Shown: positions 1-12,278 of the stretch, one piece after another
How the letters are laid out: every line of letters starts with the position of its first letter
Position numbering within the stretch: the stretch's first letter is position 1
Source of the DNA: Catajapyx aquilonaris
Taxonomy: Eukaryota
NCBI GenBank assembly: GCA_000934665.2
Contig: KZ538842.1
Span: forward strand, 1-45,015
Direction: 5' to 3'
DNA length: 45,015 nucleotides
Program-made: the position numbers and the translations under genes
Notes under the pieces: model-generated
Told to the model about the DNA's origin: nothing
Databases searched by the model: none
The model's input: the letters and a program-made list of their open reading frames with translations, nothing else

Positions 1-5
1 TATCT

Positions 6-311
6 GGGGGACTTTTTGGAGTGCGTGTAAACAGCATCACTCTTCGCTCATCATTTCGCTTTTTAATTCAGAAGTTATCTACAAGGAAGGGGTAGGATCT
101 GCTATGGGCTTGACAAGAAATGTCATCCATTGCCAATCATTAGTCAGAGTCATACGGGAGTCTCTCGAATGATAGTTGTCGCCTATATCCAATCTTTTGC
201 ACCATCCTATATGACTTGCTTCGTTTTACTACAGTGTATTTAAAACCCCCGAATTTAACAGTGAAATGATAAGAGAAGAGTGATGGTGTTTACGCGCACT
301 CCCAAAAGCCC
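6..311. mobile_element. Degenerate MITE with ~65-bp imperfect terminal inverted repeats
   Basis: 6-71 (gggggactttttggagtgcgtgtaaacagcatcactcttc...) is the reverse complement of 246-311 (...gaagagtgatggtgtttacgcgcactcccaaaagcccc). Confidence 0.65.
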
Positions 312-2521
312 CCCCCCCCCNTACTAATAAGTATTCTCGTGGTCCGTGTAATAACTGGATCACAACTTCAGTGCATTGAGAGGAGTCACAATGGTTTTAT
401 AATCCATCCCATAGATACATACATTGCATCACGACTTAATTCCCATAAAGGGGTAGCTAGCGGTGACCAGGTTATACCTGGCCAACGCATATGATAATTA
501 TATCTATGATCCATCTTTGTAGCAAGCGTTTGAATCCACCGTGATGTCTTGAGCGGTCTCGTGAGCAGTCTTGAGCTCCAAGTATTTTGGACGTAGCCGC
601 CACCACTTATTTCCGCCAGGTGGCGATGTCTGTGCATAGCCATTAATGCATGGTAGTGTACTGGGTTTCTTTTCTCCTCAAACATTAATACAGGTTGCCC
701 TCCGTGTATCTTTGCATGTTTGTATCGGGGCAATTCCACAAAAGAGAAGACATGGGGTGCGGTTCTTACATCTTGACGCAGTTGGAATCTGAGTGACTAA
801 AACCGAAGCATGTGGACCTTGGTTTCCTTAGCCATGTTAGTTTGTGACAGTATCATTCCCAACAACACAGTATTATTCCCAGAGTATCTAAGCGTGCACT
901 CTGTGATATCCGTTCGGCTAATGCGCATTGCCAGCTGGTTATTCGCTGTACCGGATATGTGAAAGGAAGAGAGACAGACGTCTTCATATAATTCAAGGGC
1001 ACAAAATGCAACATCGATCTGTGCAATCACTTTGCTGTATGCATGAATGTGTGACCTTCCACAGCCACACCAAAAGGTATCCACTTGACGTGGTTGTACG
1101 TAACGAAATAATCCGACTAATGCGTTGTATGCATGTGCTGTTTAAAATGGGGTCGTCAAATGCTGGGCCCTTCGTTAGATTAGACTGTTCTAGCTGTGTG
1201 CAAAATATCAGTGTCGTCAGACGTTTCGATCTGGGTGAAAACAGCGTTACGTACCATCCAAACTGAGCACAAGCACCCCACAACATGCAGCTCAGATTAC
1301 GCTCGCCAATGCCAAAAGCAGTGTCTGCTTCTTGTGCCGGGACACTTCTGGATCACAGGTCAGTTGTTTGACAAAAACCGCGTACGCATGTTTATACCCT
1401 TCTTTCGCCAACTTGCAAGCGTCTTTTGTCCGTGAACTTACATAAATGTGCGCGAAAACATCTAAGGAGAGGCAGGCTGACTTTCGCCGCAGACGGAAGG
1501 AGGCTGGGAAATATGAAGTGGACAAGGAAGCATGTAGGATTCGAATTGCTTCCATCCGAAAGAAATATAGTAAGATGCTATTTATATGTTATTTTTGTGC
1601 CTGTTTGTTGTGATGACAGACAGAGAGAGAGAGACTTATGAATATATGTTGTTCCCTTTTTGCAACTGTTCAAAATTGTCATTTAAGTACTAAGTTTCAT
1701 CATGAACAAAATTTAATAAACATATGACGCAAAATGGAATGTTACATTGTTGTGGCCTTTACTTTCATCCTGAAAACTGACCTAGTTCCTATTTCAGTGC
1801 AGAGGAGCCATAATAAGATTATGAATTCACAGACATTCCAATCTCCAAAAATTTATGCTACTCCCAGTAAATCGCTGTAGGTTGTACGTAACAGGTGGAT
1901 AACTCAAGTGTTTTCACGTTCATAATGAGAATCCTCCCAATCTAATGGCATGATGAGGTTCCTCGCACCCTACTGCCCCACTGTTGCTGAGCTGTGGAAT
2001 GTTAAAACACTGCTGGCTCTTTCGACCAATCGGCGTCATTCGATCCCAGCCCTTGCAGGCAGCACTTCCCTCTCACAGCGCTAGTCTTGCAACATGGCGG
2101 CATGCCCCTTGAACTCTCGCAGGCTGGGATCAATGACGTTCAAGGCCTTCTTTCCCCCCGCGTGTCGATGCAGCTCACGGATTCAACCCATTGAATTCAA
2201 GGGGTTGAAACCCCTTGATATTAAGCAGTGGATACCGTCCTTTACACAAAGTGTAGGAAATATTTTCAGGCAGTGGAGTTGGGTCATGCCTTGTCTTCCA
2301 GAGTTATTGACTTAAATTATCTATTTTCATACCCGTACATTTATCAGTTCAGGATCATTGGTACAACTTCACATATTTGCCCATCAAATGTCACATTTAT
2401 TATCATTTCATTTCATTTTCATTTCATTTATTTTCCTCCCTGCCAATGTCACATTTATTATCATCTGGGGACGAAATACTCTGAATAAAGACATTCTTCT
2501 ATGAGAAAATAGAAAAAACAA

Positions 2522-2847
2522 GGGGGAGGCGGAGTGGTGCTGAGGTAACGTATGCGCCCACGGATGTAAAGGTCCCGGGTTCGAACCCAGCCCGTGCAGA
2601 GTTCATTGGGTCACCTCTGGCTTCGTCTCGGGTGGTATTTCCTACAGACTAAACCACCCGGGGAAGATCACTAAAAATGGCCACAAAGACATTGCACTGC
2701 ACCTTGCACATCCCCTCCTGTCATCCTGCCCGTGGGCCCAGGCGCTTCAATAATTAGGTTCCAAATATGTACGTCGTACCAATAAAGGTCCGTGCTACAT
2801 GCCGAGAGGCCAAGCACTACCCGGATATTAATATATATTATATTATA
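2522..2847 (+). mobile_element. tRNA-derived SINE, family A copy 1
   Basis: A-box-like gagtggtgctgagg, B-box ggttcgaaccc, AT-rich tail; homologous to 10378-10713 and 41397-41758. Confidence 0.85.
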
Positions 2848-3233
2848 CAGGGTGGACCAACTTCAAGTGTCGTTTTATAACGGCGATTAATAGCAGTGAT
2901 TTTGCGATGACGTAGCAGCGACGTGTAAAATGTCCCACTTCCGGCGCCATCGAAAATATTAGCTGCCAATAGCAGCACACATGTAATCAACCCTCCTGCT
3001 GGGTTGACCTGGAAAAAAGGAGGTGCACACATGACCTGCGATGCGCCTGGGTGAAATGGGTGACGCCCAACGCACCAGATGGACCTGTAATGCAAGGGGG
3101 AAGCCTGCAAACGAAACAGCTAATATTTTCGTTGGCGCCGAAGTGGGCAATTTTACACGTAGCTGCTACGTCAATCGTAAAGCTCTTCTATTAATAGCCG
3201 TTATAAAACGACACTTGAAGTTGGTCCACCCTG
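2848..3233. mobile_element. Tc1/mariner-type MITE inserted in the SINE tail
   Basis: TA|cagggtggaccaacttcaagtgtcgttttataacgg ... ccgttataaaacgacacttgaagttggtccaccctg|TA; long imperfect inverted arms. Confidence 0.9.
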
Positions 3234-3722
3234 TATATAGAAAGAACAAGAAGAGTAGCCCAACTCTATATTCTTACATTCTTAGCCACCTTGTTTTCAC
3301 CTCCTTAGAGGTGGAGTTGGGTCGTTCTGTTTCTTGGGCGGGTACTTAAAGCCATGCATTATAAGAATCAACGATAAAGTGCATTTTGCAATTTTTTGGA
3401 GTTGGGTCACTTCTCTTCTTGCCTATTCAATTGGTCCACCTCCCATTGGGCAAGGTCACCTGGGCCATGAAAAAGACTCACTAAATCTGAAATTTCTGTT
3501 TTCTGAAGGATACCGGTACATACAGCAGCAGATAGCCTGATTTTGATAATGACCTACTCAAATCCGGCAACGTTCCCCTTCACACTCTCCTCTATCCACT
3601 GAGGACTCGCTATAATTGAGCTCGCTACGGAGCCAATCAAGTTGCACTTATATTTGAAGGAAAGCAGGTATCCAGGGGAAGCAGATGCAATGATTGAAAA
3701 TGACTTTGTGTTAGCCAGCATA

Positions 3723-4680
3723 CGTGGTGCATCTGAAAAGTTCGGTGAATGTTATGATAAAAGCAGCAAAACAGGAGGTACAGTCCCGCTCATAAAGAAT
3801 GGAACGACTCTTTGGAAGAAATGTTTATCCTGATTATCGAGCATAATTCCCAATCTTAATTCGACAAAACCCTATGGACAACCTTTTCTGGACCTCTGGT
3901 GACTCGCATGACCCATCCCGATTTTTAAATAAAAATTTTAATGACCAAAATGTTCAACCCGGTGCAATGCTTACGTAGATTTGATGTGAATTTTCCCCCT
4001 AAAATTTTCCTACTTAGCTTTGTTTTTCTCTTCTCTTTTTTATTTTATTTTGATTCCCTTTTCCCGAACTTCCTTGTGACCTCTAAAAACATGCTGGCGA
4101 CCGCGGCGTTGGGAACAGAATAAAAATTTCGTCCATGTAGAGTCGTACCATTCTTCATGAACGGTACTGTACATAAGAATTACCGCTATTGGCCTTCAAA
4201 GTGCTCTCCATCAGACACAACACACTTTTGAAATCGTTTGTAACACTTCTGAAAAAAGTTAGAAAAATTTATCTTTGGACCCCCCTCCAGATCTGTTGTC
4301 ACCCGGGCCTGAACCTCCACGATGTCCACAAAACGTGATCCATTCATGAATCCTTTGAGGCTCAGTGTAGTATCACTGTTTTGGATCACCCACTGCACTC
4401 CCCTGACCTTTCACCCACACACGTTTTTTTGTTTAATAGCCTTTAATGAAGGAGTCACACTTTGTGGACGTTCAGACCCGTGCATGGCCTTGTGACAACA
4501 GATCTGGTGGAGGGTCCTAAGATAAATTTTTCTAGCTGTTTTCAGAAGCTTTAGAAATGATTTCAAAAATGTGTTGTGTCTAATGGAGAGCACTTTGAAG
4601 CCCAATGAGGGTAATTCCTATGTACCATCTGTTTTGTAGCTTTCATTGTAACATTCACCTAACTTTTTAGACGCACCACG
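3723..4680. mobile_element. Mariner-type foldback MITE inside the hAT transposase
   Basis: TA|cgtggtgcatctgaaaagttcggtgaatg ... cattcacctaactttttagacgcaccacg|TA; the arms continue (4172-4330 vs 4470-4620) past an inner insertion. Confidence 0.85.
3781..4169. mobile_element. Tc1/mariner-type MITE nested in the left arm of 3723-4680
   Basis: TA|cagtcccgctcataaagaatggaacgactct ... agagtcgtaccattcttcatgaacggtactg|TA. Confidence 0.8.
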
Positions 4681-5749
4681 TATATTGCTGATATGTTTGA
4701 AGGGCAAAATGTGCTCAACACTTCTAAGGGGTCAAATCAAGCAACATTTTTTCTTCTCATAAAAAATAAGTGCATTTTTAATAAAGCTCGAACTCTGGCT
4801 GGCATAAAAAAGTGGAGCATAATTTGAAATGTTTCATCGGATGCAAGAGCATATCGAGGACAGTGGCCCAAAATTAAAGGTCGAGTCACCTCCACACATT
4901 TACAAATACTAAAGAAGGATTTCGAGCAATTTTTCGGTGACATTCACATTGCAGAAGTCAAGTAGTTTCGAAATCTCTTCAGTGAGTTTTCAAGGGAAAA
5001 ACTGTCTACTTATGAATGAGAGCAGCCAGCTCATTAATTTGTGCTGCAATCGCATATTGAAAGAGAAATTCCAGGATGGAGAAATGACAAAGTTCTGGCT
5101 GGATGTGCAGAGGAATACCCGGGCTTAAGCTCAAAAGCACTAGGACTAGAAGTACTTCAGCCATTCTCCACTTCATATCTATGTGAAATGGGATTCTCTA
5201 CCACCGTGGCTGTGTGGAAGACCAAATATCGAAACAGGTTCAACTTTGAAAAAGATTTCCGTGTGACAACAATTTCGACATTTGAGCTTCAGTTCATCTA
5301 ACTTACTGTCCTATAACCGTTGGGTTCAACTGTCCCATTAAAAGGCAGCTGGTTAAATTTATCATACTCAATAAGAATATCCTGTATGATAGGTTATCTG
5401 GAAAGAGGACGGTTGTGTAGAATGGGCCAAGGAGAGGGAGGGGGAAGGGGGATGATAGAGGGGGAGGGGCACACATTTATGGATAGGGGATCACAATCCC
5501 TGAAAGGTTGGAAACCACTGCTGTAGTGTGTTTGGACTCCGAAGTGTTGCAGTGACGTGCTTATGCTTAGTATTTTCAAATTTTTCACAAATTTTTTTGC
5601 TTAAAATATTATCAAAGGTAATAATCTTCAAACAGTGTAAAATGGTGCAGTGTAAAACCGCGTTCAAATATAACATTAAAAATATATTCTCTCCCAGATA
5701 TTCAGTGTCTCAAAGTAATACCAGACACAATGACCACTTACTGTGACTT

Positions 5750-6170
5750 GGGGGTGTATTCTCGTAGTACCAGTTGGTTCGTACTAATGAATGCTAATGT
5801 CAAAATGACGCGGACCTATTGGCACTAATTTAACGGGATTGGAACACCCCGCCCCCTACCCCCACTCTTTGTTGCCGGGCCATTTGGTTCCCAAATCGGT
5901 GCTGTAATGTCAATAACAATTCAGTTGCCAAGCAGCTTCGAGTTCAAACGTAGCAATATGGCGGCCAACACGAATGAACCGTACGTTGAGGAAGCAGCAG
6001 GTGATAACGACAATGATAGCGACAATCACTAAGTCAGGAAAAACCAAACAAATTTTCGGGTCTGAAGGGGGCCTACCAATTTCGAACAAGTTCACCATGA
6101 TGCCCCCTCCCCTCAGCTTGCATCATTGTTAGTCACTATGAACCGATCGTTTCTACGAGAATACAACCCC
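5750..6170. mobile_element. Degenerate MITE (PIF/Harbinger-like termini)
   Basis: ggggtgtattctcgtag ... ctacgagaatacaacccc inverted termini; TSD not clean. Confidence 0.65.
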
Positions 6171-6400
6171 AGCACTTAAAACCTTGGAGTATAAATAGCC
6201 TGCATCTGTTTCAAAATAAGAGTAAAGTTTATGTTGTAACAGGCAGATCGAAAGCAACACACTGGTCATACCATGATGGGAATCATACCCAGGTATCGCC
6301 TTTGTCCAGATTACTGCTCTGCCAGTAAGCTCCAGGACATAATGCCCATTTAAGGACCATAAGTAGAATGGTTGAAAGGAAATTCACAACTGCAAGAACT

Positions 6401-8449
6401 CTATGATAACAAAATAACACACCTGAAAAGGCGGCCTCCAGAAATTTCATGAGGGAGAGTGTGATCTCTCTCTGCATTGTCACCCTGAAAGCATTCTGCA
6501 GCTTCCTCAGCACGTGCCAACTTATGTTCCATCTCCACTGGATCAGGAGAAAACCAATTGCGTGAGTGTGTTTGCCACTGCTCATGTAGGGCCTGACACA
6601 GCTGTACCACTTTCTCCATCTCTTTCCTACGTACAAGAGAGATAAAGACATTTGTAAGTAAGCACAGTCCAACCAAGTGATACACAAACCTGATCTTGGC
6701 ACCCTTGATGCTCCCATTAATAAGTTCACTTGGAAAGCCATTTCGATACAGTATTTGCAACCTCTCTCTCAGTTGCAATAGGGGCTGGTTAAAATATGAC
6801 AGTTCTCTTCCCATTTCATCTCGTGCCTTAGACAGCCACTTTCCAGCCTCCACTGCCTCCCTACATGAAAAGTTATGTGAGTTTTTAATCCCTTTCCTTG
6901 TCATGCATCTTCTCACCTCAACCACATTCGAAGCTCGGCATTTTCAGAACTTAGGCTTTGCACTTGGTTTTGAAGATTGGCCAACTCAGAAGACATGCTT
7001 GTGGCACCCTCAAAGAGGAGCAGGTAGTGAGCACAAATATCGTGACCAAAGAGGGATGCCAATTCACGTGCCTTAAGCCCCATGTCATTCTGCAAAAAAA
7101 GGCACCACTTATCCATCATATAATTGCAGACAGAAAACAGGACAGAATTACCTTCAGAGCACCATTAACATCATGGTTAATAAGTAATTGACACGCCTTC
7201 ATGTTTCCTCCTCTAGCTGCTAGATGTAATGGTGTGTTGCCACCAATGTCCCTTTGCTCTAATTCAATCTCTCGCCTCTGCATCTCACCTATGAGCCACA
7301 CCATAATGCTCTCCTGAAATGCAGTTACAAATAAGAAACGCCTTTCAGTTTGATATGAATTAGCTCACCTGATTGTATTTGGCAGCATAATGCAATAGGC
7401 TCCTCTCTCCTTGCCGAGTTCCAAGACTCTCTTGAGCACCAGTGTGCTGCACCAACCACTGAAGGCAGCTCACTTGCCCAGCCTGCTCAAACAAGCAGAA
7501 ATGCTCACTTATCCTAATAACAATCTTCATGCAAAGGTCTGATCCTACCTTCACAGACAAAATAATGGGTGTGAGGCCAGCCTTATTTTCATCATGCAGG
7601 GCACCCTCAAGTTCTTGCCCACATACTGAACACAGCCAACTCAGTGCTTCTTGATGTCCATAAGTGCACAAAATGTGGAGGAGGTTGTTGCCACGATGGT
7701 CAGATAAGTTTCTCACCAGCGTTGATTCCATATCTCTCAGTGCTCCGCGCTGTAGGAGGCAAGACCAATTTGTTTTGCCTGTCATGGAATGTTCCACCCT
7801 TTCAAGAACTCACCAGCTTCTCTACATTTCCCTGCTTGGCAATCTCAAAAATCTGTTGAATCCATTCAGGTGTCTGTCGCCCTTCTTTAGGGCCACTGGT
7901 CCATAATTTGGATGGAGTAGGAGATGATGAGGAGGATGAGCAGGTAGTGGTAGTTGTAGCTGAAGAGGTGGGGATCTTTGGGAGTGGCCTTTGGGGGCGG
8001 GCTGGTAAAGGAGGAGGAATGGGACTTGCAGGCAGCATCTTTGGTGGGAAAAGCATCTCTCCTAAGAGACCTTCTAGAGCAGGGCGAGAGGGAGTAACTT
8101 CCTGTAACCAGGGTGGGCGTCGCCGACCACCACTTCTATCAGCTGCTAGCTCCCCGTCACTCACCGAACCACCCACTCCTCCACCTCCTCCCCATCTTCG
8201 TCCTCTTCCTCGTCTGCCACTTCGTACAGTAACCTGTGCTGTTTGTCCTGCTTGAGCCAGTTCACTTAGGGTTTCCAGTATGGAAACCGTACGCACCCCT
8301 GCTGCTGTAGCTTTGGCCACAGAAGGGAGGGGTGGAAGAGCTCCCCGTCCTGGCTGCTGCTGTTCAGTCTGTCCTTGCCATGGCATTCTTGCCCGACTGT
8401 GATCCATCTGACGACGACGACGTCCCCTCTCCTCAGATCCCTGTGCCAT
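6401..8449 (-). CDS. Ankyrin-repeat plus coiled-coil protein, synphilin-1-like architecture. Exons: ~8449-7814, 7749-7549, 7482-7369, 7313-7152, 7089-6917, 6860-6690, 6626-~6423/6401
   Basis: Ankyrin motifs GNNLLHILCTYGH, GLTPIILSVK, SLLHYAAKYNQ, GNTPLHLAARGG; six phase-compatible GT-AG introns of 55-66 nt; Pro/Ser-rich N-terminus; heptad-like LQNQVQSLSSENAELR. Start and last exon are uncertain. Confidence 0.85.
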
Positions 8450-9462
8450 TCCAAGAAATGAATGCATTAGAAGTGAAAACAATGGGAGAAGAAAAGAATG
8501 CCTCCTGATTACCTCCGTGATGTAGGCTCCATGCTTGAAATTATAGGCCAATGGAGATATGGGCTGGCCTCTTTTGTCTGCAGGGTTATGCCACTGCCTA
8601 GTACCATGGTCCACCTCTTCTGCAATGAATATGTTTGTTATCACCTAGTGCCAGTTACAGCAAATAAATCACAGAAGATTTATGTAATCTGTGATTGTGT
8701 TAAACAAAGCCCAACCTCAAAGAATTAAGTGCAAAATTGAGAGAGCTGTGTAGGCCTGCTACATTACTTTTGAGTCAGATGAAGTGAAAATAATGGACTC
8801 AGAATTCTCAATCTTGAAGTTAAAAGATTGCATATTGTTCCCAGGAATCAGGGGATTCCTCAAGTGCTAAATAATGTACATTAAATGAAGTCCTATTTTT
8901 CTGCCATGATTAATAACCTTGCCATCAACTACTGTAGAATGCCAAACTTCCTGCTGTCACCTTGTCGCACATGTAAGTTGACAACCAACATTCAAGTCAG
9001 GCTCCATGGTTCTTTAAGATGTGACCAAAATAATATAACTTTCCCTGGATTTCGTAAGTTTCAAAAACATTTTCTTACTGTGACCAGTAGTTTTAAATAG
9101 CAGTTCTATAGCATTACTCTTTGACTCCTTGTCAGTTGGAGAAACACCAGTCATCAATAGGCTCATATTACCAGCACACAATACAATAGAGTAAGTTATC
9201 AATTAACAGCACACCAGTTGAGAGATAAAACTGATTACAAGTGAAAACTTCACCATTTATTATGAAAGCAACAGTAACACAGTTTAAATTACAGTACCAT
9301 GCCATCTTTTGTAAGCCCAGTGAAGCCTACGGGGTCATTTACACAGCACCGAGGAAACCGAACCCGTTCAGGAACTGGCACAACAGTATATGGTTAATAC
9401 GGCAGTATTGCCAACACAAATTATAATTCACCTGAATTGAATTCCCGTCTATGTGGATAAAT

Positions 9463-9774
9463 CAACGAGATATAAATAGGATAGAGGCCGTAAAGGTAGG
9501 CCATCTTTGGCGGCCATGCCACTTCACGGCAAGAACACGCGCGAATTTGAATTTGTAGTATTTCTAACCCTGTTCTCCTCTGTATACACTCCTGCCTCCT
9601 GGCGGGGCTGGGAATAAATGGTGACTTTCACCAGACAGCCTTTTATTCCCAGCCCCGCCAGGAGGCAGGAGTGTACGCAGAGGAGAACAGGGTTAGAAAT
9701 AGGACAATTTCAAATTTCTTGCCTGAAGTGTCATGGCCGACCTTTACGGCCTCTATCCTATTTATATCTCGTTG
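9463..9774. mobile_element. Palindromic MITE with 8-bp TSD (P-superfamily-like termini)
   Basis: caacgagatataaataggatagagg ... cctctatcctatttatatctcgttg; GGATAAAT at 9455-9462 and 9775-9782; ~140-bp arms. Confidence 0.85.
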
Positions 9775-10377
9775 GGATAAATCCTGTTCTACTGTGATGT
9801 TCTTTTGTTTAATACCAACGGAACTTCCCCCTATTGACATGGAATCAGATGATCGACAATCTGGGTTGGCAATACTATGCCTAGGATGTTCTGGTTCCGG
9901 TCCGGATAGAAATACGATCATGATCCGATTTCCTCGGTTATGTTTAGATGACACCGACACTTATGCGCACGCTTCCGTGCGCTTCTCGTGAAGCGGTGTG
10001 AAGCAATCAAGCACCATCTTTCATCCAGTATTCCAGTTACATCCACATTATTCCGCGTGTTTCAAAATAATGGTAAGATCACATCTGCATCGGCGAAAAT
10101 GTCCTCCCGGATCCTGTCCTGGGGGGTGGGGGGGGGGGGGNGGCAGAAATTACTGCATAATATGTACAGAGTGATCCCAAATACTTGTCAGACTAATATG
10201 CCGAACGGAATGCATCATTCAAGCTCTGAACCGCTCTGAACTGCAAATTATTTCCAGTTATTAATTGCCCATTTGAACAATTGTCATCTCACGTCAATAC
10301 CAGAACCCACTTTGTGTATGCCAGACTCCCTTTCACGATTTACAAAGGATGAGTACACGTAGCATAATATTAGTAGC

Positions 10378-10713
10378 ACAGGGGACGCGGAGTGGCGCTG
10401 CGGTAACGTATGCGCCCACGGAAGCCCGGTCATTCCCCCTTCATCTCGTGCAGAGTTGGGTCGTCTCTGGCTTCGTCTCGGGTGGAATTTCCGATAGACC
10501 CCGGTGAGTTCACAAAATGTACCGTTACAGACATTGCACTTGCACCTTGCACATCCCCTCCCAGTCTCCCTGCCCCCAGACCCGGGCGCTTCGCTATGAA
10601 GGTTCCAATATGTAGCCTACACTCTGTACACAAGGTCTAACAAAGAGCAGAGGTCCGTGCAATACCTCCGCACTGCACCACCCAAATAATTATTATAAAT
10701 TATTATTATTATT
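10378..10713 (+). mobile_element. tRNA-derived SINE, family A copy 2 (B box deleted)
   Basis: Homology to 2522-2847; 14-bp TSD ataatattagtagc at 10364-10377 and 10714-10727; (TAT)n tail. Confidence 0.85.
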
Positions 10714-10843
10714 ATAATATTAGTAGCTAATACTTTTGATAGCAATTAAGAGGGCTTATAAGAGTGATAAGCAGCTTAGTGCAAACACAAATCCACATTA
10801 GTAGGACAAGTATCTTGGATCACCCTGTATAATTGAAGCTTAA

Positions 10844-11561
10844 AGGGCTCGCGAGAAAAACGTGATTATCGCCGCAAAAAGTTCTCGGCCTGATTTTTTC
10901 CGCGGAAACAAATGAAGTACGGAAGGTGTCCTCTGGTAGGGAGTACCTCCATGAGTATTCGTGTTTTTTCCCACCTGCAGAGAAAGTCAGTCGCTGGCAG
11001 TCAGCCTGAGTGACCGAGGATACTCGGTGGCCGTTGAATTTTCATTTTCCGCGAAAATGACGGAACAAGTTGAACAGGGTACGACCCACGACTCGTCACC
11101 ATTCATCACAGTGTTCACCAAGTCGGGGTCACGCGGTCACCGTTTGAGGAGTCCAGAATATCCTGCGAGACTTGCAGCTCCGTCGCGTCGGTAGGTAGCT
11201 TTGGCACGAATTGAACGACTCAGGAGTAAAACGTGTTAACCCAAGGGGGTAACCACTTCGTGGAACCGGCCTGGAACCTGGTGGAACCACCCGGTTCCAG
11301 GAACTGGTGTAGGGCTACACTTTTTTGGTGAGTGGTTACCTCCTGTGTTAACCGGCACATGGCAGTGGGCTCATATGCTGACTGTTAGTGACTGGTGCTC
11401 TCTGAAGGCGGGAAAATATTCACGAATACTCATGAAGGTACTCTACACCTATACCCACAGAAGGAAATCCGCCGTGGTTCATTTGTTTCCGCGGGAAAAA
11501 ATCAGGCCGAGAACTTTTTGCATTTTTCACTGGCGGTTATCGCGGTTTTCTCCCGAGCCCT
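10844..11561. mobile_element. MITE with long imperfect TIRs (Kolobok-like left end), carrying a nested TGGAACC-repeat element at ~11241-11340
   Basis: ttaa|agggctcgcgagaaaa..aaaaagttctcggcctgatttttt ... aaaaaatcaggccgagaactttttg..ttttctcccgagccct; the inner element resembles 27917-28058. Confidence 0.7.
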
Positions 11562-11957
11562 CCAACTCCCATATTATCAATATTGTATACTGTATAATAC
11601 TAATACTGTAGAATCTGTATAGTGTACGTATGTAGACTGTTAAGTTGGATTATGTTTCTTAAAGAATGCTAGAAAATACGGATGGTAATCTGTAGGACTC
11701 CTTTTGCTCCAAGCACTAAGATTTTTGGCGGAAAAGGTGCATAAGTGTGTGTATGAAAAAGTGAATCTGTAATTGCAAAAAAAAAGTGGCAATCAATTTG
11801 GGTACAAATGATGAAGCTCAATGTTTAAAGGTGCATATTGCTTTTTTTTTTTAAAACGACATTCATTAAAATCAATTATTTCTAAATAAACTTTTTGCAG
11901 TGTAGATAATCCTTCAAATGGAGTAGGCCCTAATGCAATGTGTAACCTGATCAATTT

Positions 11958-12278
11958 CTATTTATTTATTTATTGTGCCCCGTGATGACCCTTACCACCA
12001 TTTTTCCTCAATTGTCCAAGTTAACTTCACTCAGGTGCAGGCAATCAAGGAGATTGGGTAAGGATAGGAATTTTCGGGGAGGGGACACGGGTGCAGGTCC
12101 AATGTCTCAAGTTTGGGCCATGTGCAGTCCCCCAGGAGGTTAGGTTGCCAGGCACATCCAAGGTGTGGGTCAGAGAACCTCCCGACGCAGGTGAAAGGGA
12201 ACTCCCAGGCGGGGATCGAACCTGGGACATTTCATTCAGCAAGCCGAGACGTTACCATCTCGGCCACCGTACCTCCCC
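11958..12278 (-). mobile_element. tRNA-derived SINE, family B copy 1
   Basis: Minus strand ggtggccgagatggtaac (A box), ggttcgatccc (B box), (AATA)n tail; homologous to 19322-19679 and 34103-34476. Confidence 0.85.

Larger units (their letters stand above)
3640..5520 (+). pseudogene. Decayed hAT (Charlie/Buster, ZBED5-like) transposase, 3' part and right TIR, split by nested insertions
   Basis: Removing 3723-4680 joins ...AYIADMFEGQNVLNTS (LAYLADIF motif); C-terminal dimerisation motif QPFSTSYLCEMGFS..KTKYRNRFN at ~5150-5290; terminus aaaggttggaaaccactg at 5503-5520; frameshifted. Confidence 0.85.

Noticed and set aside
2034..2139. 17-bp inverted repeat (cgtcattcgatcccagcc / ggctgggatcaatgacg) as a structured ncRNA
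   Set aside because: A single short stem, most likely a remnant of an old MITE; no family features
2780..2825. SINE 3' hairpins, and the ctgataac in the shared tail, as self-cleaving ribozymes
   Set aside because: No complete hammerhead (CUGANGA..GAAA), twister or HDV core; better explained as retroposon recognition stems
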